From Octopus sinensis (Eukaryota), in assembly GCF_006345805.1 (NCBI RefSeq), contig NC_043022.1, positions 3,906,001-3,970,000 of the forward strand: a stretch of 64,000 nucleotides of DNA. Direction: 5' to 3'. The notes under the pieces are model-generated. The model made no database searches. It was not told where the DNA came from and saw only the letters and a program-made list of their open reading frames with translations. The position numbers and the translations under genes are program-made. The stretch's first letter is position 1. Each line of letters opens with the position of its first letter. Positions 1 through 12,062 of this stretch are shown piece after piece.

Positions 1-182
1 AATCTCAATTTTAATCAGCCGAAATTGCGAGGCTGATCTGTTTCTTGACTGAGGATAAAAAGCTTCAAATGACCTGTCCTTGTTTTTTTTGTATCGCCTA
101 TCTGGATGTTTTGTTGTCCCTTTTTGTATTACCTAGTTATCCGAATATTTTTGCATTCTTGTCCTATTTTATATTTTATTTG

Positions 183-213
<31 letters not shown>

Positions 214-830
214 TCCTTCTTCTCTCTTCTCTCTCTCTTTGTTGCGTTTGTCCCTCCTCTCTCTCCTCTCTCTCCTCTCTCTCTCTCTCCGTTGCTTCTC
301 TTTCTTTTCTTTCTCTCTTCTCGTCACGTGACTGCTGCCGAAATCTGCCTTTCAGCTTCTGACCAGCGTCGTGTTAACATCGTTTGTTTTTCGTCCGCCG
401 CTATAGGCATCGCCGATGAAGGCTCCTTTCCTTGCGCCAGAGAAAGAATGTTTTTGCTTGTTATCAGTCGTAAGACACTTGTTGTTGTTTTTCACCGTTA
501 ATGCTTCTGTATTTCATGTTTCTGTATTCCATTTATTTTTTTGTTTTATATTCGTCCCTTTTGCTATCCTGGTGTCCGTATGCATTCGATCGTTCTTCCA
601 GGAAATCTACGCTCCCAGCTTAGTTTTTCTAATGCTCGTTGCTTAGTTTTCTTGGAGGGCTGGCCGTGATCTAGTAATCTCAAGATTAATCAGCCGAAAT
701 TACTACGATGATCCGGTTCTTGACTGAAGACTGAGGGTTTCGAATGTCCTGTCCGTGTTTATTGTATCGTCTTCTAAGAGTTATACGTTCTTGTCCATGT
801 TGTATTTTTCTACATACCTTAATATATATA
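1..830 (+). mobile_element. Two diverged copies (1-200, 560-815) of a non-coding PLE-terminal-like repeat family; further copies at 33110-33430 (minus) and 33890-33990
   Basis: Shared AATCTCAAGATTAATCAGCCGAAATT...TTCTTGACTGA motif and downstream T-rich block; copies end in (TA)n. Confidence 0.5.
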
Positions 831-935
831 TATATATATATATAAAGGGAAAGTTGACGAAAATAAACAAAAGACGAAGGCAGGTTGAGTACAAACAAAC
901 AAATGTATTAGTATAGTGCTCAGGAATAGAAAAGT

Positions 936-971
936 CTTTTACGTTTCAAGCCTATGCTCTTCGACAGAAAG
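936..971 (-). ncRNA. Minimal type I hammerhead relic (core A6 mutated)
   Basis: Minus strand CTTT-CTGTCGA-A-GAGC ATAG GCTT-GAA-ACGT-A-AAAG: helix I CTTT/AAAG, 4-bp stem II, palindromic ACGT helix III; a paralogous, more decayed copy lies at 32918-32954 (+). Confidence 0.6.
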
Positions 972-1144
972 ATACACAGAAAAAAACAAGGAGAGAAAAA
1001 AATGCGTGTAGTAGTTAACGATAGCGGCAACATACACTTTGTTTTTATATATATTTTTTAATCCAACGGGAAAACAAAAAAAAAACAACAATGGAACAAT
1101 ACAGTATTATATTAATAGGCGCTCAGGAAATGGAAGCAGGAAGG

Positions 1145-1177
1145 TATGACGTTTCGAGCGGAGCTCTTCGTCGGAAA
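1145..1177 (-). ncRNA. Minimal hammerhead motif at the 3' end of the Penelope-like element
   Basis: Minus strand CCGACGA-A-GAGC TCC GCTC-GAA-ACGT-C; sense to the PLE ORF; U4 is C and helix I pairs poorly, so probably impaired. Confidence 0.6.
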
Positions 1178-1879
1178 TAAAGAAGGAAAGAGAGGAAGAG
1201 AGAGGAAAGAAAGATCCCAAAGCGGGCAACAGGGTAGAGAAAAAAAACGACTGGTTGTTACGAGTTACACATGGTGAAAGGCGGAATAGTTTACGATAAC
1301 AAGAGCAAAGTAGGTTTTTAAGGGCCAAAAGAGTGGAGACAGGTTGGTAACGCAACAGTGTGTGTTATGTGTGAGTGTGTGCGTGTGCGTGTGTGTATGT
1401 GTGTGTGTGAGGCGAGATAAAAAACAAAAAAAATATGTATGTGTTAGTGTGTGCGTCTGTGTGTAGGCGTGTGAGGTAGGGCGAGACAGTGGTAGGCATA
1501 GCAGAAAGTGGTCAGTAGTAAGAAAAAGAAGGAAGGAGGAGGGAGGGGAAGGGGTGGGGGCGTATGTAGCGTGCCAGCGTGTGTTGAGTAGTAGTGTGTT
1601 GTGTGGTTGTCCAGGTTGTGTAGTATTAATGGCGAGTAGATTGAATGTGTGTAAGAGTAATATATATTTAAGCAATGTGTGTATATGTGGCGCGTGTGGT
1701 AACAAAAAGGAGGTGGTTAAGGAAAAGGACTCCAGCTGAGGGGAAGATGGAAGAGTGGTCCCGCGGAGAAGGGCGTGGGAAAACCCAACGACAAGCGACG
1801 GTCCCAGGAACGAGCGGGAGGTCTCGTCGGGTCCAAGAGCGAGGTGCATGCGGCGCGTATGCGTGCGCGAACCGGCGCA

Positions 1880-3880
1880 AGCGCGTGTGTGCGCGCGCCT
1901 GCGAGTATGCGCGTAAGTATGTATGTGTGTGGATGTGAGTGTGTCTGTGTGTATGTCTGGGTGTCCAGTTGTCCGAAGAATGTATGTGAGTATGTGTGTA
2001 TATATGGTTGTGCATAGATGTATGTCCGTGTGTGTGTGTATGTGTATGAGTGTTTATGTATGTACGTGTGGGTGTGTGGACGTGTGTGTGTAGTGCATGT
2101 GTGTGCGCGTACATACAGGTGTGTGAGTGAGTGTGTGTGTGTATGTATGTGTGAGTGTGTGGTATGTGTGTGTAGGATGCATGTATGTGTAGGGTGTATG
2201 TGTGTGTGTATGTATGTATGTGTACGTGCGTGTGTGTGTTGTGTATGCGTGTAGGTGTGCGCGTGTGCTGCATGCATGCATGTGCGATTGTGTGTGTGTG
2301 CATGTGTGTGGGTATATATGTATGGTGCGTATATGTGTGTGTATGTGCGTACATGTGTGTGGTGTATGCATGTGTGTGTATGTAGGTGTGTAGGCGTGTG
2401 TGTATAGGTGTATGTATGTAAGTATGTATGGGTGTGTCCGTGTATGTGTGTGTATGTAGGTGTGTGGGCGTGTGTATATAGGTGTATGTATGTATGTCTG
2501 GGTGTGTCCGTGCATGTTTGTGTGGTGTGTGTATGCTGTGTATGTGGGTGTGGTGTGTACGTGTGTAATGTATGTGTGTATGCGTGTGTGTGCGTGTGTA
2601 TGCGTGCGTGTGGTATGTAGGTGCGTGTGTATGTTGTGTGTGGGAGTGTGGGTGTGTGTGTGTGTGTGCGTTGTGTTTATGTTGTGTGTGCGTATGTGAG
2701 TGTGAGTGTATGGGTGTTGTCATGCATGTGTGTGCGCGTGCAGGTGAGTGTGTGTGTAAGTATGTGTGTGTGTATGTTGTGTGAGTGTGTATGTGTGTAT
2801 GTCTGTGTGTATGTATGTGCGTATAGGAGTATGTAGGTATGTGTGTGTGTATGTGTATGGGTGTATGTATGTGTGTGTGTGTGCATGTGTATAAGTATAT
2901 GTGTGTGTGCGTGTGTGTGTGTATGTGTGTGTGTTTATGTATGTGTGTATGTATGTGTGTAGGCGTGTGTGTGTAGATGTATGTATGTATGGGTGTGTGT
3001 GTAGGTAGGTGGTGTGTGTCTGAGTGAGGGTATGGCTGTGTAGGTGTGTGTGTGTATGAATGTAAGTGGTGTGTGTACAAGTGTAATGTATGTATGTAGG
3101 TGTGTGTGTATGTGTACGTGTGCGTGTGTATGTGTGTGTGTATGCGTGTGAGTGTGAGTGTATGGGTGTATGTCTGTGTGTGTGTATGTCTGAAGTAGGT
3201 ATGTGTGTGTATGTATGTATGTGTGTGTGTGTGCGGGTATGTGTGTGTGTGTGTATGTATGTGGGTAGGGATGCATGCGAGTGTGTGGGTATGTATGCAT
3301 ACATACGCACGCGCACATCCGAAGCAAGCCCACACACACGAAGCGCGCTCACGCACACAACGCACAAGCAGTACAACGCAAGCCCAAGGGGCCGACCAAG
3401 CCCCCAGCGCACGCCAAGGCGCGCAGCGCAAAGGCCCTCGAACGCCCCGCTACGCGGGAACCAAGGATTATCAGCCAAAACCGAAAGCATAAAAGAGAGG
3501 GGCTGCCTGGATGCAAAAAGGTGTATGTATGTGTGCATTCAGTGTAAGGGTGTGCATGTGTGGGTATGTATGTATGTGTGTGCCTACATGTAGTGTGCAT
3601 GTGTGTGTGTGTGAAGTATGTACGTGCGGGTGTGTGTGTGAGTGTGTGTGTATGTATGTGCGTATGTATGTGTGTATGTATGTGTGTATGTATGTCTGTG
3701 TGTGTGTGTGTGTAAGTATGTATGTGTGGTGTATGTATGTATGTGTGTGTGTATGTGCATGTTGGTTTGTATGTTAGTGTGTGCATGTATGTCTATAAGT
3801 GTGTGTGATTAATGTGTGTGAATGTATGTACGTAGATGGGTCTACGTATGTGTGTGTGTGAACAGGCGTGTGGGAGGTAG
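1880..3880. repeat. About 2 kb degenerate (TG)n/(TATG)n low-complexity tract within the PLE 3' region
   Basis: Direct inspection; it generates the spurious H/T and C/V-rich ORFs. Confidence 0.95.
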
Positions 3881-6327
3881 GTGGGTGGGTGTGTGGTGGG
3901 TGGTGTATCCGGGAAAAAAAAAAGGGGATCTCAAGAGGAGGGGGCTGTGTTAAGTCCGTGTGGGGTGTAGTTTGTAGGGTGAAGATGAGCGTTGCTCCAA
4001 GTGGAGCCTGGAAAGTGGGCGACCATTGTGGGGGGGCGAGACCAAACACTGAGATGTCATCTAGGGAATGGCCGGCCGAGCGGAAGTGGCGTGCGACGGG
4101 AGAAAAAGAGTGTAGGCGAACGTCCCTCAAGTTTCAGTGAAACGGTCGGACAACCGGCGTCCCGTCTGTCCTACATACAGCATCCCGCATAGGTTGCATT
4201 TAATGCAGTAAATAAGGCCAGACGAGGTGCACGTAAAAGAGTGCCTAATGCGTACAGTATGCTGGTTGGAGCCGGTGACAGCGGTGGTGTTGGTGATGAA
4301 GGGGCAAGTGTTGCAGCGGGATCTGGAGCAAGGGAATGATCCGTGTGGGGCTGAGGAGGAAGGAGAGAGGGTGCTGTGGACCAGGAGGTCACGCAGATTG
4401 CGGGCTCGTTTGAAAGAGGACAGGGGTGGGTTAGGGAAAATGGGGCGGGTGGTGGGATCAAGCTGGAGGCGACGGAAGGCACGTAGTATCTTGCGACGAA
4501 GGGGTAGGGTAGAGGGGTGGAAAAGGAGGTGCGGTTGGGGGTGGGCGGCGGGGGGAAGGAGACAGGGCGGTAGTGCGGTCGATGCGACGGGCGCGGGTGA
4601 GGGCATCAGAGAGGAGTATGGGTGGGTAACCTCGGAGTCTGAACATGCAGGCCAGGTATTGAGATTGGGTCTCGAAATCCTGGTCGCGGCTGCACAAACG
4701 TCGGAGGCGGAGGAACTGGGAGTAGGGGATGGCTCGTTTGTGGTGGAAGGGGTGGGAGGAAGAGAAGTTGAGATAGAGGTGGGAATCCGTAGGTTTAAAG
4801 AAGGCGGTGGTGGTGAGAGAGTTGGAGGGGTGATCGATGCGGAGAGAGATGTCAAGGAAGTTGACAGAGGTGTTGGAGATGGTGGAGGTGAATTGAAGAG
4901 AGGGGTGAAAGTTGGAAAGGAAAGAGATGAATTGGCAGAGAAGTTCACGGGAAAGGGAGTGGCACCTACGCAGTCGTCGATATAGCGACCGTATAGTTCG
5001 GGGGTCGGCCCAGAGAACTGGGAGAACACTTGGCCTCAATGTAGCCAAGAAAGAGATTGGTGAAATTGGGGCCCATCCTAGTTCCCATCGCGACCCCGGA
5101 CACCTGTTGGTACGTTTCCCCGGCGAACGTGAAGCAATTGAGGGTGAGGACGAGCTCAGCCAAACGGAGAAGGGTGGGGGTGCTGGGGGTGGGGGTGCTG
5201 GGGGTGGGGTCGGGACGACGGTCGACGAAGTGTTGGAGGGCTAGGAGACCGTCATTGTGGGGAATCACTGTGTACAGGGATTTTACATCTAAAGTGAAGA
5301 GGAGGTGTGAGGGGCTGGAAGGGAAGGAAAAGGAATTGAAGAGACGGAGGGCGTGGTTGGTGTCGTGTATGTGGGACGGGAGGGCTGCGACTAAGGGGGA
5401 CAGGATGCGGTCGAGGTATAGGGAGATGAGTTCAGTGGGGCAATTACGGGCAGAGACTATGGGACGGCCAGGATTAGAGGGTTTATAGATCTTGGGAAGG
5501 AAGTAGATGGTGGAGGTGCGGGGTGTGCGGACGATGAGGTTGGTGGCGGTGAGGGGGAGAGCGGAGGAGGAGATGAGGTCGCGGATGGTGGAGGACACTC
5601 GCTGTTGGTAGGAGGAGGTGGGTTCGGAGGGGAGGAGGCGATAGAAGAGGGGATTTTGAAGCTGGTTGAGCGCTTCCTCCCTGTATAGGTCCGCGCGCAC
5701 ACTACCACTGCCCCGCCTTTGTCCGCCGGTTTGATGACAATGTCATCACGACGGCGGAGGTGGCGAAGGGCAATGGATTCGGCCCGAGTGAGGTTGGCTC
5801 GGCGGGGTCTTGGTTCAAAGTTGAAACGGTGGACCAAGCGTTGCAGTCATGTACAAACGAATCTAGGCTACTGAAAAGGCCTGGGGGCGGCGTCCAGATG
5901 GATGGACGACGCCCCAGCTCCAAAAGGCAATCCTGATTATACATATATATATATATATATATAATAATATTAGGGAGCAAATCCAAACTTACAGGAAAAA
6001 ATTAGATTTAGGATTAAATCCAATTTTATAGTATAAATATATATTATATTAAATTAGAGATAAAACCACTATTAGGCAAATCAAACAGTGAAAATCATAA
6101 GCCAATACATAGAAATAAAATTAATCAAAAAAATATAAAATATAAAATATAAAAAATATAAAATTCCAAATTAAAATATTTAAATTAAAGTTAAAATTTA
6201 AAAAATTACTTAAATAATTTAAACTTATAAATTTTAAATATAAATATATATATATATATATTTTCTAGTTTCAGCTCAGAGCTGCGGCCATGCTGAGGCA
6301 CAGTATAAGGTGTGAAATTAAGATGTC

Positions 6328-6375
<48 letters not shown>

Positions 6376-6815
6376 CCCATTCCTGCATGGTAAAGAGAAA
6401 TTAAATTATGATATTGTAGATATATATATATATATAGTATACATGTGTATGCACACATATGTATGTTCATCCCACCCATGCCAACATGGAAGTCAGACAT
6501 TAAACGATAATATATATATATGTTGTTGCCACTGCCGCCGGACTGGCCCCCATACAGGTAGCACGTAAAAACACCTTATGAGCGTGGTCACTGCCAGAAC
6601 CACTTGACTGACCTTCATGCCAGTGGCATGTAAGAGCACCCACTACACTCTCTGAGTGGTTGGCGTTAGGAAGGGCATCTAGCTGTAGAAACACTGCCAG
6701 ATCAGACTGGAGCCTAGTGCTGCCTCTGGCTCACCAGTCCTCAGTCAAAGCATCCACCCATGCCAGCATGGAAAGCAGACATTAACGACGATGACGCCGC
6801 CGACGATATATACGG

Positions 6816-6885
<70 letters not shown>

Positions 6886-7225
6886 GATATATATATATAT
6901 GGAAATGTATGGATATATATACATATATATCCATACATACATGTGTGTGTGTATATATATATATATGACAACGCAACCTTCACACAACGCCAAAATAAAG
7001 AACTATATTTCATAAAAAAATTTAGACCAAGTTTAAACACCCTGGGCCAGGAATACTAAAACAAAAGATAAGTCCTCCGAAAAGGAGAAGCAAAATTCCA
7101 CCACGGCCGCTACTTCAAACAGACACTCACTCTGACGGAATATGCCTAAGTAAAAAAGGAAAAAAATTCTTTCGTGCAAATCTGACCCTGATACATACGA
7201 TACAGCTAAGGGTCAGACCCGATTC

Positions 7226-7770
7226 TGATTGGTCAACAAGTTGATGACGTCTAGCTCAGCTAGAATGGACAGGATACAAACAGGGGACAGTCATTAGTCA
7301 GAATATTGATGACGTCCTTTTCTGCTTGAATAGTCACCTAACAAGTACAGACAGGGGGCAGATCTAATGTAGCTATAAGTCGTGATTGGGCAGAATCTGC
7401 ATGACGTCCCGTTCTGCTTGACTAACGAAGCGACTGGTCAAAACAGGAAACAAACAAGAGGCAGTTATAATGCAGCGATTGGTCAAAATAATGATAACGT
7501 CCCGTTCCACTTGACTAACGAAGCGACTGGTCAAAACAGGAAACAAACAAGAGGTAGTTATAATGCAGCGATTGGTCAAAATAATGATGACGTCCCGTTC
7601 TACTTGACTAAAGCCACCTAACGAAACGATTGGTCAAAACGTTGATGACGTCACGCTACGCTGGATTGACCACCTAACAGGCATTATAAAACCGAGCACT
7701 TCACAAAAACTCATTAGACCCACCCAGCGAACATCCACCATGGGTCATCACATTTGCTTAAGGTAAAAAT
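7226..7770 (+). promoter_or_regulatory. Pol II promoter-like cassette in the PLE pLTR: 93-bp tandem repeats with ATTGG (CCAAT) and TGACGT (CRE-like) motifs, TATAAAA 7685-7691, Inr-like TCATT at 7711, splice donor AG/GTAAAA at 7763
   Basis: GATTGG at 7384, 7477, 7570 (period 93); full TGACGTCA at about 7646; TATA-to-Inr spacing 28 nt. Confidence 0.55.
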
Positions 7771-8029
7771 GAATTCCTCGCTCTTTCGGAAACATCAATC
7801 TTATGTATTGACCGCTTTCCACCACTTTGATCTGTTTTTTGTATTGAATTCGTATCGCCACCGTGGGCCACTGCATCGAACACTTTGAACATATACTTCA
7901 AACTATATATCAACTATACATGAACTATATATCAACTATACATGAACTCTAGATGTCTGACTCCGTTGTGTATTATAAATGAATTTCTTGTGTTTGACGG
8001 CATGAGCTGTCTTTTTTATATAACTTTTT

Positions 8030-8064
8030 TTGATAAAGTTCATTTCAGGAACTGAAACATGTTA
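8030..8064 (+). ncRNA. Decayed hammerhead relic
   Basis: TTGATAA-AGTTC ATTTCAG GAACT-GAA-ACATGT-T: perfect 5-bp stem II and palindromic helix III, but C3 and G8 are mutated and helix I is lost. Confidence 0.5.
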
Positions 8065-8125
8065 TAATGTATATATAAAAATTAAAAATTGTATAATACA
8101 GCAGCATTTTCGAACTTCATTTTTT

Positions 8126-8168
<43 letters not shown>

Positions 8169-8317
8169 TATAAATGAGGATAAGATCGTTAATTTAAATA
8201 AAATAATGAACTTATCAAGTGGTCCGTATGGAAAAAATAACCTTCAAAGGTAATAATCATAAAAATTATAAATTAGGGTATCTACGAGATACCACAATGC
8301 TGAAAAAATATATATAT

Positions 8318-8700
8318 TCTTTATATATATAAAACTGAGAATGTGTGTCTGTCTGTCTGTCTGTCTGTCTGTGTGTTTCCCTAAAACTTGAGAACTACAC
8401 AACCAATTTCATTTAAATTTTACACATGCCTTACTTAGGGTCCGGGGAGTGTCATCGGCAAAAAAAATGTTGAACTTTTTGCCTAGGGCGAGCCCACAGC
8501 AATATCATATCTTCTCCACTATGATTCCCTAAAACTTGAGAACTACACAACCAATTCCATTCAAATTTTACACATGCCTTACTTAAGGTCCATGTAGTTT
8601 CATGGACAAAACAAAATGTTCAACGTCTTGCCTAGAGTGAGCCCATAGCAATATCATATCTTCTCCACTATTTAAGTATTACGTGTTAAAAGTGAAACAA
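8318..8700 (+). mobile_element. Non-autonomous Helitron-like 5' portion with (GTCT)n and two 148-bp tandem units
   Basis: TCTTTATATATATAAAACTGAG start; repeats begin at 8379 and 8527; no clear CTAG 3' end found. Confidence 0.5.
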
Positions 8701-9461
8701 AAACGTTTCTCTATTTTATGTCAGATACTTTCACTTTAACAATAAAAATAATAATAACAATTGAATTATATGTAGTAAGTAATAATTAAAATCAAACTAA
8801 AGTAACATAACAAAAGTAAAAATAGCAATTGGTATAAAATTGCATCAATGATTTGAACTTGAATAAGTGGCTTCACATGAATGGGAATAAATTAAAAATA
8901 AAATTAGTGTGCAGAAATGGAATAAAAAATTAAATTAAAGAAAAGACTATTGTGTATAAAGTATACAATGTAGAGAAAAAAAAGATTTGAAAACATGAAG
9001 GAAAGCACCTTCGAAAAGTGTCTTGGTGCGACTATGAAACGTATCTAATCAGAGGCGGTAAATTCGCCACAATAGAGCAAGGTTCGAGTCAACGGAGCTT
9101 GCAAGGGAGTACTCGACTCGGACTTGCAAAGTGGAAATTTTTACTTTTAGCTTTATATCTGGGATGTAGAACGTCCAGGAAAAAATTAAAAATGCATCCC
9201 CCCCCCCACCAAAAGTAGAGGTAGGCTGGATTGTAGCCACACTTCTATACAGAGGGAGGACAAGATACAATTGATCGAAATTACAAGAGACAAGCAAACA
9301 ATTCCAGTCTGTTATATAGTTTGAGTATTGTTATCACTAGCGATATCAAGATATAACTTAGTATTTTGTATTTTATGTGTAGATGTATATATATATAGAT
9401 GTACGTGTAATATTACACATATATATACAATATATACATGCACTAGCACTATGACCTGGCA

Positions 9462-10120
9462 ACGAAGCTTAATGTTACTGGTGCTGTGATCGAATGTGAC
9501 TTTTTATCCCAGCCAAAGATCTACAATGTCTTGTACAGAATTAGAAAGTAAAACCTTTACTGGTAATAGCCGGCTGTAGTTGTAACTGGGCTTCATGTAC
9601 CTTTGCATGTCGTTTAAGTCCTCCTGCCAAATTACACTCTCTTCCACATGCCCGACAGATATGATTAGTATGGTGTGTTACACCACCATCAGTGGCCAGG
9701 TTGTCACTCATCTGTCTCGTTTTATGACTACGAAGATGACTCATGAGTCCAGCTTTACTGAGGCAGGGTCTTACACAGACATTGCATGTCAGCATCAAAG
9801 GAAGACCCTTCCCTTCAGGAAGTGTAACAGCGATGCCCTTCCTGACATCCCACCTTACTTTCTCATGTGCAACTCGAGATTTCTCAAAGTGGCTGTCCCC
9901 TCGTGTACAATCCTTCTCCACGTGCTACGATCAATGGCTATGCCTTCCTATGTGTCACGAGAGATGCAAGCATCTCTTAAGGAAGCCTTCAGCAAATCCT
10001 TATACCTCTTTTTTGGTTTATGTGGAGGTCATTCTCCTTTAGCTAACTCTCCATAAAAGAGTTGTTTTGGTATCCTTGAATCCTTCATCCTGACCAGATG
10101 ACCAATCATCTGAGCCTACA
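9462..10120 (-). mobile_element. RTE/BovB-like LINE 3' fragment (duplicate at 35354-35985)
   Basis: GEL..G..PPHKPKKRYKD.LK.SL, DRSTWR and C-terminal CxxC..H zinc-finger-like motifs (CNVCVRPCLSKAGLMSHLRSH). Confidence 0.85.
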
Positions 10121-10519
10121 AACATAAATACATACATTCCTACATTCATACATGCATGCATGCATACATACATACATACATACATACATACATACATACA
10201 TACATACATAAATACATACATAGGTAGATAGATAGATATAAATAGAGAGATAGACAGACAGACAGACCAGCAATTAGCAGCAAATGAGAGTGGGGAAAGG
10301 AAGAGAGAGAAAGCTAGGAAGACAAATATATGAGTGTAGCAGTAAGTGAATTAATATGATAACAAAGTGGGTCCCCACACAGATTGAAGCTTATGACCTT
10401 CACCTGCGAAGGGGAAGGAGAGGAGGAGGCGGACGACGACGAAGATTAAAGAAAATATGGAACAAATAAGGTAAAATAATAACATACAAATGGTAAATTA
10501 AAAAACAACAGCAAATAAT

Positions 10520-10747
10520 TAAAAATAATCCTTTCTACCTTAAGGTACAAAGCCTGAAATTTGCAAGGAGGGGACTAGTTGATTACATCGACCCTACTGT
10601 TTCACTAACACTTAGTTTATCGACCCCGGAGGGATGAAAGGCAAAGTCAACCTCGGGGAAATTTGAACTCAGAACGTAGATATGGGCAAAATAACGCTAA
10701 GCATTTAAGCCCGGTGTTGCTAACAATTCTGCCAACTCGCCGCCTTA
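10520..10747 (-). mobile_element. tRNA-derived SINE with Meta-domain-like core (copies also at 15040-15392 -, 36500-36710 -, 40760-41125 -, 45732-45910 +, 46237-46430 +, 62650-62850 +)
   Basis: GGCGGCGAGTTGGCAGAA head, GTTCAAATTCC B-box, GCCTTTCATCC..GGGGTCGATAAA core. Confidence 0.85.
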
Positions 10748-12062
10748 CGAACTAATTAATTGGATATTAAAATAATTATCATTATTAAAAGAAATACAAA
10801 TCATTAAACCATCGGGGTTTTTGATTCAATATAAAACTGTGTTGCAAAATATATTTGCAAATACTTTCATCAGTTTCAGTGACTTGACTTTGGGCAGAAT
10901 GAAGCACGTTCTGATGAAGTATTCATATACATATAAGTGGAAGAAGCATCAGAAAGGTTTGGACCCTTGCAGAAATTGGGGAAGCTATTCAAGGGTATTG
11001 CGAGCCCTTCTTTTGACCGATCACATGTCAGAAGCCTTTCCGTACCACTATCAGGTTTTTCAAGATCAAAGCGTTTCACCCCTCAAACGTCTGAATGTGG
11101 CACCAAGTTCTGAATTAGTCTTTGCTTATGAAATGTTTCCATCAGCGACCTCTGGTCAGACATTTTCACCTTCAGCCAGTTTCATTTGCCTTGTCCATCT
11201 TATTTGTGACATTCTTCACTTATCTCTGTTCCAAACCAGTCCTCTGTGTAGACAGATGGGTGTGTGTCTGCATATGCGTCCACGTGTGTGTGCATATATA
11301 AATACATACTCACACACACAAATACATATATGTGTATGTGTTGAGTGTGTGCATATGTGAAAAGGATAAAATATCCTTCATAAGACATATGCACAAAGGA
11401 TCTGTCTCCCCTACACACACACACACACACTCGCACACCCTTCCCTTACGTGACGGCAGTCCATTGCAGGATTACCCTTTGTTTATCACCTGAGTGGATC
11501 CGACAAACATGAAAGGCAATGTTTTGATCAAGACCACAACGCCTCGCCCAGTCCAGAAATTGAAACTGCACTCTTACGATCATGAATGCAAAGCCCTAAT
11601 CACACACATACACCCCCCCCCCCCACACACACACACACAGACACACGTCCCTAATGCTCCTATGCTTTCCTACAAACAACAACAACAAAAAATAAACATA
11701 CGGGATCAAAGAATAAAAGGGAAAGGGACAGGAATGTATATTTAGGATAAATAAATTACCTTATAATCGTTGGCAAAGGGAAAGTTACTCTGGTGACTGG
11801 AAACTTTGGTTCTCTTCCAGACGGAATGTTTCGTCAGACACAGCAGTGGATGTCTCTGAAAGCTGCGCCAGGGTGTGTTCACCTCTCTTGATATATCATC
11901 AGATATATGCTTTTAGTAACTTGGAAGTTTAGTAGCAAAACGAAATCGAAAAGACAGGGAGGTGTCAAGCAAAAGGAAATCTATTGTTTGTTTCGTAGCT
12001 TTTTGTTGATGTTGTTCTTGCTTTTGTATCGACCAGCCAATCGGGAGAGGTGGTCGTGCAAT

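Larger units (their letters stand above)
1050..5940 (-). mobile_element. 5'-truncated Penelope-like retroelement (Neptune-like) with frameshifted RT plus GIY-YIG ORF at about 3945-5940, a long AC-rich 3' region and a terminal hammerhead
   Basis: IKPADKGGAVVV, LPKIYKP..PGRPIVS, LDVKSLYT, GVAMGTRMGP, RYIDD, FLDI, KPTDSHLYL..SSHP, linker CSRSRCNTC, LIYCIKC..C..LYVGQTGRRLSDRF; at least 4 frameshifts; inserted in (TA)n and absent from the paralogous site at about 32830. Confidence 0.95.
6965..8130 (+). mobile_element. 3' fragment of a second PLE: GIY-YIG C-terminus followed by a pseudo-LTR region
   Basis: [17 protein letters not shown] at about 6985-7040 is the typical PLE endonuclease C-terminal RxxxExxxIxxxxPxLN; (TA)n on both sides; decayed hammerhead at 8030-8064. 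Confidence 0.75.

Noticed and set aside
45-95. CTGAGGA/CTGAAGA motifs at about 49 and 725 (and 33258 minus) as hammerheads
   Set aside because: GAAA is incomplete and there is no valid NUH plus helix I; may be old relics
1668-3880. His/Thr-rich 587-aa and Cys/Val-rich ORFs
   Set aside because: Translations of (CA)n/(TG)n microsatellite
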